This document shows positions 1 through 6,834 of a DNA stretch of 37,297 nucleotides, in pieces; position 1 is the first letter of the stretch, and every line of letters begins with the position of its first letter. The stretch covers positions 1 through 37,297 of the forward strand of contig JAPLZH010000005.1 in the NCBI GenBank assembly GCA_026395105.1, given 5' to 3'. Source of the stretch: Candidatus Tayloriibacteriota bacterium (GTDB taxonomy: Bacteria > Patescibacteriota > Minisyncoccia > Phycocordibacterales > PALSA-1337). Made by a program: the position numbers and the translations under genes. A model generated the notes under the pieces. The model saw only the letters and a program-made list of their open reading frames with translations, ran no database searches and was not told where the DNA came from.

Positions 1-76
1 CGTAAAGCGTTCTTAGATTTCTAAGTTCTACTAATCTTTCATCTATTTGTGATTTTGATAGTCCTCTCATAATCAT
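1..76 (-). CDS. 5' fragment of a gene truncated by the window edge (MIMRGLSKSQIDERLVELRNLRTLY...), possibly the N-terminus of an IS66-type transposase
   Basis: Manual translation from ATG at 76 (or 70), open to the edge. Resemblance to the helical N-termini of CPR IS66-like transposases is from memory only. Confidence 0.4.
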   Translation of the reverse strand, partial: MIMRGLSKSQIDERLVELRNLRTLY

Positions 77-140
77 TTATTACGAGGGAACTGCCTATTT
101 ACTTTCCATCAATAGTGTGGGGGAGGGTGTGGGTACTTAC
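1..140 (-). mobile_element. Possible left end of an IS66-family insertion sequence running off the window edge
   Basis: The minus strand from 140 reads GTAAGTACCC; IS66 terminal repeats begin GTAA. An ORF starts 64-70 nt inside. Only one end is visible. Confidence 0.35.
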
Positions 141-193
141 CTCTTTCCACAGCCTTATTACTAGCTTTCCTCACGATGTGCTAAACTATTCAC

Positions 194-1864
194 ATGATTC
201 AATTCGATGAAGATAAGCAAAATCGTAGAGTTAAAGAACTCTATCAAAAAGAGGAGGAGGAATTAGCGAAGGTTATCGCCACTCGGCATAACCTAGAATA
301 CATAGACCTCTCCGGCATTCCTATAGGTACTGACGCACTAAAAGTCATAGAGGAGATAGACGCCCACGCTGCTAAAGTGGCCGCCTTTGCCATTAGTGAT
401 AAAAAATTAAAAGTGGCTGTCCGAGTACCAGAAGAAGAAAAAACGGCCATGGTAATTCGCTCTCTAATAGATCAGGGTTATGAAGTAAAACAGTATGTCA
501 CTTCCACAACGAGCCTTGAAAAAGCTTGGGCTGCATATGCCGACCTTTCCAAAACTAGAGAAACCACAGGAGGTTCTATAGACATTGCTCACGATGAAAT
601 TCTAGACATCATAAACACTCACCCATCGCTCGTGGACATCCAGAATGTCATTAAAGATATTTTGGCAAATAAAAAGGGTTTTAAGACTTCCAGAATCTTA
701 GAACATGTTTTAGCTGGTGCACTTTCTACGAATGCATCAGATATTCATATAGAACCAGAAGAAGAATATGTACGAATTCGCTATCGTTTAGACGGTGTGC
801 TTACGAATGTGGCAAATTTAGACACATCTGTATATAACCTCGTCCTATCCCGCATAAAACTCCTTTCTGGAATGAAATTAAATGTTAAAAAGGATGCTCA
901 GGATGGACGTTTCAGTATTAAACTTTCTGATATGGATATAGAAGTCCGTGCTTCTATTTTACCTGGTGCATATAATGAATCTGTGGTGCTTCGACTCCTT
1001 AACCCTAAGTCTATCGCCGTTCCGTTAGAAGAACTCGGAATTCCTAAAAAGCTTCTCTCTGTTATTTTAGAGCAAATAGAAAAGCCGAATGGAATGATAC
1101 TGACGACTGGTCCTACAGGTTCCGGTAAAACCACCACCCTCTATGCTTTCCTAAAGAAAGTATATAATCCTGGTGTAAAAGTTATTACCATAGAAGACCC
1201 TATCGAATATCATTTGCCGGGAATAGTTCAGACTCAGGTGAATGACAAAGGCTATAATTTCCTAGAAGGACTCCGTGCAGCATTAAGACAGGACCCTGAT
1301 GTGATCATGGTGGGAGAGATACGTGATAGTGAAACAGCACAAATAGCCATCAACTCTTCGTTGACGGGACACTTAGTCTTTTCTACTTTGCACACGAATA
1401 ACGCCGCCGGCTCATTCCCCCGCCTCATAGACCTAGGAATAAATCCGCACGTTATTAGCTCGGCTATAAACATCGCCCTCGCTCAGCGTCTCGTTCGAAA
1501 ACTTTGCCCCGTTTGCCGAAAAGAAATCACATTAGATGGGACAAATAAAGAGAAGATTGAAAAGGTTTTAGCTGGGATTTTTGATAAAAGTGAAATTCCA
1601 CAAAATAACAGTAAAATCTGGCAGTCCGTAGGCTGTGAAAAATGCAATATGACTGGATACAAAGGCCGAATCGGTATATACGAAGGAATATTAGTAGACG
1701 AATCTGTAAATAAATCCGTGGAAATGAGCGATGGCGCCCAAGAAATACAAAAGACCGCCTCTCCGCAGGGTATTTTAATGATGTCTCAGGATGGGATAAT
1801 AAAGGTTTTATCAGGAATGACTAGTTTAGACGAGCTAGAAAGAATTATAGATATAAACCTCTAA
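194..1864 (+). CDS. pilB: PilB/GspE-family type IV pilus/type II secretion assembly ATPase
   Basis: ASDIHIEP, RYRLDG, Walker A GPTGSGKTT, TIEDPIEY, LRQDPDVIMVGEIRD, His box TGHLVFSTLHTN, zinc motif CPVC...CEKC. Confidence 0.93.
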   Translation: MIQFDEDKQNRRVKELYQKEEEELAKVIATRHNLEYIDLSGIPIGTDALKVIEEIDAHAAKVAAFAISDKKLKVAVRVPEEEKTAMVIRSLIDQGYEVKQYVTSTTSLEKAWAAYADLSKTRETTGGSIDIAHDEILDIINTHPSLVDIQNVIKDILANKKGFKTSRILEHVLAGALSTNASDIHIEPEEEYVRIRYRLDGVLTNVANLDTSVYNLVLSRIKLLSGMKLNVKKDAQDGRFSIKLSDMDIEVRASILPGAYNESVVLRLLNPKSIAVPLEELGIPKKLLSVILEQIEKPNGMILTTGPTGSGKTTTLYAFLKKVYNPGVKVITIEDPIEYHLPGIVQTQVNDKGYNFLEGLRAALRQDPDVIMVGEIRDSETAQIAINSSLTGHLVFSTLHTNNAAGSFPRLIDLGINPHVISSAINIALAQRLVRKLCPVCRKEITLDGTNKEKIEKVLAGIFDKSEIPQNNSKIWQSVGCEKCNMTGYKGRIGIYEGILVDESVNKSVEMSDGAQEIQKTASPQGILMMSQDGIIKVLSGMTSLDELERIIDINL

Positions 1865-1873
1865 CACTGTCAA

Positions 1874-1901
1874 TTGAACTTTTTCTATAGAAGAGTACGA
1901 T
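1874..1901 (+). promoter_or_regulatory. Candidate sigma70 promoter TTGAAC-16nt-TACGAT upstream of the structured element
   Basis: Motif match by eye; predicted start around 1907. Confidence 0.4.
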
Positions 1902-1906
1902 TACAG

Positions 1907-2124
1907 GTATGGTGTTGCCGAGAAATGCACAAGCGCATAATTCTCCAAGCAATACTTTCAATGCGATCACTAAAAGTGCGAAAGATTATTAAGGATAACC
2001 CCAGAAAACATACCGAAGTAAGTTACCAGAACGTCCTCTATAAAAAATCAATTTGTCTGCGTGAACAGACAACATTGTTTGGAGAATTATGCGCTTGTGA
2101 AGATTTCGTGAATAGCTTAGCATA
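1907..2124. ncRNA. Candidate structured non-coding RNA (~215 nt) of unknown family
   Basis: 26-bp inverted repeat 1928-1953 / 2074-2099 with one G.U pair. Internal hairpins 1955-1984 and 2053-2072. Central arm ~1984-2050 capped by c(UUCG)g on the minus strand. Confidence 0.55.
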
Positions 2125-2135
2125 ATTCGATTTTA

Positions 2136-3170
2136 ATGTCAAGCCCTACCAAAACTGGTTCGGCCGATATTCCAAAAGAGGGCTTAGAAACTGGATATTT
2201 AGACCAAACCCTCCGCCCTTCCCGCTGGGAAGACTATATCGGTCAGGAACCCATAAAAAACAACCTTCATATTCTACTTACAGCGGCTAAACAGCGAAAG
2301 CATCCGCCGGAGCATATTTTATTTTACGGACCCCCAGGCCTCGGAAAGACCACTTTAGCCCATTTAATAGCAAAAGAAACCGGTGCTCAGATGAAAATCA
2401 CATCTGGTCCTGCTATTTTAAAAGTGGGCGACCTAGCTTCTATTCTCACAAACCTTTCTCATGGGGATATTCTGTTTATAGACGAAATACATCGCTTAAA
2501 TAAGGCTATTGAGGAGGTGCTTTATCCGGCCATGGAATCTGGTAATTTAGATATTATTATAGGCAAAGGTCCTTCCGCCAGAACTATACAGCTAGAACTC
2601 CCCTCTTTTACACTAATAGCCGCCACTACCCGCATAGCGATGATTTCCTCCCCCCTTCGCTCACGCTTCTCCGGTGGAACATTTAAACTAGAGTTTTATA
2701 CAGAAGAAGAAATCGAAAAAATTATTCATAGATCATCAAAAATTTTAGGAATAGAGATAGAAAAGGACGCCGCTCGGGAAATAGCCCTTCGTAGCCGTTT
2801 TACACCTCGTACAGCAAACTATTTCCTTAAAAGGTGCAGAGACTACGCTCAGGTTATTGGTGGCACTTTAAATAAAGAGGCTGTTGAAAAAGCTTTGAAA
2901 CTTTTGCAAATAGATTTTAAAGGATTAACCGCGAGCGACCGCTCTATTTTAGAGGTGATAATAAATAAATTTAGAGGTGGCCCCGTCGGCCTAGGAACTA
3001 TAGCCGCTGCACTTTCGGAGGAAGAAGCCACCATCGAGGAATTTAATGAGCCATATTTAATACAAATAGGCTTTATAGAAAGAACTCCGCGTGGAAGAAT
3101 TGTCACAGAGCTCGGTTATATGCATTTAAATTTAACCCCGCCAGACCACATTACAAAAAAGCTTCTATAA
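2136..3170 (+). CDS. ruvB: Holliday junction branch migration helicase RuvB
   Basis: LRP..YIGQ, GPPGLGKTTLA, FIDEIHRL, LYPAME, EPYLIQIGFIERTPRGR. Confidence 0.98.
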   Translation: MSSPTKTGSADIPKEGLETGYLDQTLRPSRWEDYIGQEPIKNNLHILLTAAKQRKHPPEHILFYGPPGLGKTTLAHLIAKETGAQMKITSGPAILKVGDLASILTNLSHGDILFIDEIHRLNKAIEEVLYPAMESGNLDIIIGKGPSARTIQLELPSFTLIAATTRIAMISSPLRSRFSGGTFKLEFYTEEEIEKIIHRSSKILGIEIEKDAAREIALRSRFTPRTANYFLKRCRDYAQVIGGTLNKEAVEKALKLLQIDFKGLTASDRSILEVIINKFRGGPVGLGTIAAALSEEEATIEEFNEPYLIQIGFIERTPRGRIVTELGYMHLNLTPPDHITKKLL

Positions 3171-3958
3171 TCTATCCATCATTTTCCCAGTCTTTTTTTC
3201 TAGGGCTTCTTTCGCTCCTTTAGAAATCTTTCCACCCTCCACAGCAGACTTTTTATTCTCATCAAATCCCATGGCTTGGTCTTTCTCTGCTATATGTCTA
3301 GTGGACATTTCAGCCAGAGCTGTAAAAAGAAGCTCCGCCTCGTCCATATGATCTCTCAAATTATGCCATTTATTCCCTTCAATTCTTTATGCTCTCTAAC
3401 AGATAGTCCTGACCATTCTTTATGGATTACATTTGTTAAAATAGCGAATTCTTTCTCACTACTAATCTCGTGGTCCGACCAATAATCTGTTAGTTTATTC
3501 CTCGTTTCTTGCCCACTCATTCTTTTTTCTATCCACTTTTCAGATCGGCCGAGTCTTTTCCAATTATCCCTTGATCTATTTAAGCCTATTTCAGGATCTA
3601 TTGTTTCTTTCATTCTTTCATACCCCACCTTAGCCAACCAGCTTTTAAAAGGTTCTGCTTTGGGAGAAGGGATGGACTGAACGATTCTTAAACAGGTCTC
3701 CACATCTGCCACATCTGTTAGATATAATTTTCCATCAGCACTAGGCATTTTCAGTTGTCCGATTTTGTCGGACAACTGAATGAAACCCTCTTCTTTTATC
3801 TTTCTTTTCAAATCATCCCAGTATTTTCTAGGCCTTTCACTTTCTGTTAAAACGCTAATTATATCCACCAAGCTAAAATACCACTTTTCGTCTTTTTTGG
3901 ACCATATTCGTCTTACTGGTTCGTTTTGAAAAATAATGATTAATTTATCTTCTGCCAT
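3165..3958 (-). pseudogene. Bro-N domain DNA-binding (phage antirepressor-like) protein split by a 1-nt frameshift near 3370
   Basis: ORF 3356-3958 has WYFSLVDII, PRKYW.DLK, RIVQSIPSPKAEPFK.WLA. ORF 3165-3359 continues in another frame with the family C-terminus (LRDHM.EAEL.FTALAE). Adding one A to the minus-strand A3 run at 3369-3371 gives ...KGIKWHNLRDHM. Confidence 0.8.
3750..3780. repeat. Perfect 13-bp inverted repeat (TTCAGTTGTCCGA-ttttg-TCGGACAACTGAA) inside the Bro-N CDS
   Basis: Read directly; the arms 3750-3762 and 3768-3780 are exact reverse complements. Confidence 0.95.
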
Positions 3959-4049
3959 GATGGGTATATAATAACACCGAGGGATGAACGAAAGTAATCC
4001 CCAGTTAACAAAAAATTCATAAATATTTTATCTCTAATATCTTACAAAA

Positions 4050-4580
4050 ATGTCCGGACATAATAAATTCTCTAAAATTAAGCATTTAAAGGCAAAGACC
4101 GACGCTCAGAAGAGTAAGGTTTTTACTAAATATGTTCGTCTAATTTCCATGGAGGTAAAGAAAGCAAACGGAAATCTCTCTTCCCCCGCCCTAAAGGCAG
4201 CTATAGAAAAAGCACGTGAGGTAAATATGCCGAATGACACCATAGACCGCGCTGTTAAAAAGGCTACGGAGGCCGGTAGCGCCGTGATGGACTCTGTTGT
4301 CTATGAAACCTATGGACCCGGAGGTGTAGCTATTATGATAGACGCATTAACCGACAGTCGAAATAGAACGTCTCAAGAAATCAAACATTTGCTCTCTAAA
4401 AACGGTTATGAATTAGCCGCTCAGGGCAGTGCATCATGGGCTTTTACAAAAACACATGAAGGCTGGACACCGAATACCACCATGCCCTTAGAGGACGCAG
4501 ATATAGAAAAACTACAGGCATTAATAGAGGAATTAGAGAATAATGATGACGTCCAGGAAATCTATACTAATGCGGAGTAG
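4050..4580 (+). CDS. yebC: YebC/PmpR family protein (short form)
   Basis: MSGHNKFSKIKH.K, NMP.D.I.RA, YETYGPGGVA, LENNDDVQEIYTN. Confidence 0.95.
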   Translation: MSGHNKFSKIKHLKAKTDAQKSKVFTKYVRLISMEVKKANGNLSSPALKAAIEKAREVNMPNDTIDRAVKKATEAGSAVMDSVVYETYGPGGVAIMIDALTDSRNRTSQEIKHLLSKNGYELAAQGSASWAFTKTHEGWTPNTTMPLEDADIEKLQALIEELENNDDVQEIYTNAE

Positions 4581-4604
4581 TATAATAAAAAGGCAAATAT
4601 AAAT

Positions 4605-5087
4605 ATGAAAGTAATCGGCATTGATCCCGGATATGAAAGGCTCGGAATAGCTATAGTCGAAAAGCCTGAAGGAAAGGGCAAAGAAACTTTGCTCTTTTCA
4701 GAATGTTTTAGGACTAGCGCAAAAACATCTTTTCCAGATAGATTAAAAGCCCTCGGGGAAGAATTCCGACGACTCATAGAAGAATTCGAACCAGAAGCAC
4801 TTTCGATAGAAACCATTTTCTTTACAACAAATCAAAAAACTGCTATTCAGGTAGCCGAAGCCCGCGGTGTTTTACTTTACGAAGCTAGAAATCACAACCT
4901 TTCCGTCTTTGAATATTCCCCTCTCCAAATAAAGATCGCTATTACGAGTTACGGCAAAGCGGATAAAAAGCAGATAATATCGATGATTCCGAAGCTGGTT
5001 TATATAGAAAAAGTAATAGAACACGATGATGAGTACGACGCCATAGCGGCGGCCCTCACACACTTAGCCTGCCACAGAAATTCTTAG
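4605..5087 (+). CDS. ruvC: Holliday junction resolvase RuvC
   Basis: IGIDPG, IETIFF, EARGV, EYSPLQIK, G.ADK.Q, DDEYDAIA.A. Confidence 0.96.
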   Translation: MKVIGIDPGYERLGIAIVEKPEGKGKETLLFSECFRTSAKTSFPDRLKALGEEFRRLIEEFEPEALSIETIFFTTNQKTAIQVAEARGVLLYEARNHNLSVFEYSPLQIKIAITSYGKADKKQIISMIPKLVYIEKVIEHDDEYDAIAAALTHLACHRNS

Positions 5088-5218
5088 AACTCCCCACAGT
5101 CCAAATGGGTGCCTTCCTTTTGTAGGTTTTCCACAGTTTTCCATATTTGCAAAATAAAGGCAGTTTTGATACAAATGACGTATTGATATAATAATTACTT
5201 TTTACCCATTTCACTAAT

Positions 5219-5497
5219 ATGCTAAAGAAAAAGGAAGTCAAAAAAGCAAATAAGTCAGTTAAGAAAAATGAGAAGGTTATAAAGAAGGAGGAAATAAAAA
5301 AGAAGCCTGCTGTTAAGCCTGTTATTAAATCAGTTATTAAACCAGCCATTAAGCAATCCCAGAAATCTGTCGCACAGAAGCCTGTTCGCGAAGCCATAAT
5401 AATTGAAACTGAGGAAGAAATAATAAATCCAGATATTTTAGAAGAAGGAATGCTTGAGGAGGATATTAATCCTTTTAACGATAAATACGAGGAGTAG
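5219..5497 (+). CDS. Small hypothetical protein with a Lys-rich N-half and an acidic C-terminus
   Basis: ORF fills the gap between ruvC and tyrS; strongly bipolar composition; internal 12-nt degenerate repeats at 5303-5350. Confidence 0.7.
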   Translation: MLKKKEVKKANKSVKKNEKVIKKEEIKKKPAVKPVIKSVIKPAIKQSQKSVAQKPVREAIIIETEEEIINPDILEEGMLEEDINPFNDKYEE

Positions 5498-5534
5498 TTC
5501 CTCGTATATTCGCTGTCCCGTCTGATATTTTCCT

Positions 5535-6788
5535 TTATTTAGAAACCTCCACCTTTAGGAATCTCTTTTTACCAATTCTCCAAACGGAGCTTTTAATGAC
5601 TATTTCATCATAGCTTGTGATAGGCTCCTGCCCTATCTCGGAAATCGCCCCCTCGTCTACCAGTCTTTTAAAATCTGTTTTTGATTTAACTAAATTATTT
5701 TCTAAAAGGAGTTCTGAGAGCTTCGCCGAGCCTTTAACTGAAGAGACGGGCGCATCTTCCGGTATTCCCCCTTTTGCAAAAGTGGATTCGAAATCTGCGA
5801 CAGCTCTTTCGGCTGCGAGCGAGCCGTGATAAACAGAAACGATTTCCTTTGCCAAACGGACCTTAGCATCTCGAGGATTTTCCCCAGCATCTAGTCCGGC
5901 CTTTATTTTCTTAATCTCTTCTGTCGAAACGAAAGTGCAAAGTTCAAAACCGAGTGGAATTAAAGAATCTGACCAGCTCATTACTTTTCCAAACATATCA
6001 GGCGCCGTCTGATTCGCGCTCACTGCATTTCCGTCGGTCTTTCCCATTTTCTTTCCACTAGAATCTGTGAGGAGTTTGCAAGTCACTACGAATTTCTCCT
6101 TATTTTTAAGTGTTTTTAGAAGATCACGACCCATAAGCATATTAAAAGTCTGGTCATTTCCGCCGATTTCGCCATCCACATTCATGGCTACGGAGTCGAA
6201 TCCCTGCATAAGAGGATACATGAATTCATGGATGTATATAGGTTTTCCTTCCTTCATTCTATTCTCAAACATATCTCTCTTTAACATCTGATCTACAGTG
6301 ACGAGTGAAGAAAGCTCTAAAACATCTCCGAAATTTAACTTTCCCAGCCACTCAGAATTATATTTCAGTTCCGCTGGATTAGAACCGCTAAAATTAAGAA
6401 AAGTGGACGCCTGTTTTTTGTATAACTTTGCATTAGTTAAAACCTCAGCATGGGTTAGTTTTTTTCTAGTAGCTGATTTGTCCGTCGGATCCCCTATCAT
6501 TCCTGTGAAGTCGCCGATAAGCAAAATGACTCCGTGGCCCAGGTCCTGAAATTCCTTTAATTTTTTCAAAGGAATAGTGTGGCCGAGGTGTAGTGTGGAG
6601 CCTGTCGGATCAATTCCTAAATAAAGAGTAACTCTTTCTCCATTTAAAAGTTTCTTTTTTAGAAAGTCTTTGCTCGGATAAATGTTTTCCACCCCACGAG
6701 TGAGAAGTTCTTCTATTCTCGCCTCGTCACGGATGACGCTATTATCCTCATTATTTCCCTCCTTTTTTGCTTTTTTTGACCAAATCAT
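5535..6788 (-). CDS. tyrS: Tyrosine--tRNA ligase
   Basis: GIDPT..LHLGH (HIGH), IGDPT, YPLMQGFD, GGNDQ.FN, KMGKT (KMSKS), C-terminal S4 domain. Start moved to ATG 6788 to avoid overlap with the divergent PBP gene. Confidence 0.96.
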   Translation of the reverse strand: MIWSKKAKKEGNNEDNSVIRDEARIEELLTRGVENIYPSKDFLKKKLLNGERVTLYLGIDPTGSTLHLGHTIPLKKLKEFQDLGHGVILLIGDFTGMIGDPTDKSATRKKLTHAEVLTNAKLYKKQASTFLNFSGSNPAELKYNSEWLGKLNFGDVLELSSLVTVDQMLKRDMFENRMKEGKPIYIHEFMYPLMQGFDSVAMNVDGEIGGNDQTFNMLMGRDLLKTLKNKEKFVVTCKLLTDSSGKKMGKTDGNAVSANQTAPDMFGKVMSWSDSLIPLGFELCTFVSTEEIKKIKAGLDAGENPRDAKVRLAKEIVSVYHGSLAAERAVADFESTFAKGGIPEDAPVSSVKGSAKLSELLLENNLVKSKTDFKRLVDEGAISEIGQEPITSYDEIVIKSSVWRIGKKRFLKVEVSK

Positions 6789-6834
6789 ATAGATATACCT
6801 TATCATGAATGCACAATATGGTAAAATACTATCA

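Noticed and set aside
1928..2099. Calling the element a definite retron or 6S RNA
   Set aside because: No reverse transcriptase in the window and no clear branching G next to the stem. A near-perfect 26-bp stem and four-way junction are atypical for 6S. Kept only as hypotheses.
1874..2125. 83-aa ORF over the structured element
   Set aside because: Its TTG start coincides with the candidate -35 box, it has no recognisable motif, and the region is better explained by base-pairing. A short peptide cannot be fully excluded.
3356..3358. TGA readthrough (genetic code 25) as the explanation for the split Bro-N gene
   Set aside because: The continuation is in a different frame, and the long genes translate intact under code 11.
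3981..4001. Small hairpin GGGAT..AC-GAAA-GT..ATCCC between bro and yebC
   Set aside because: Short, interrupted and without a U-tract; could be chance.
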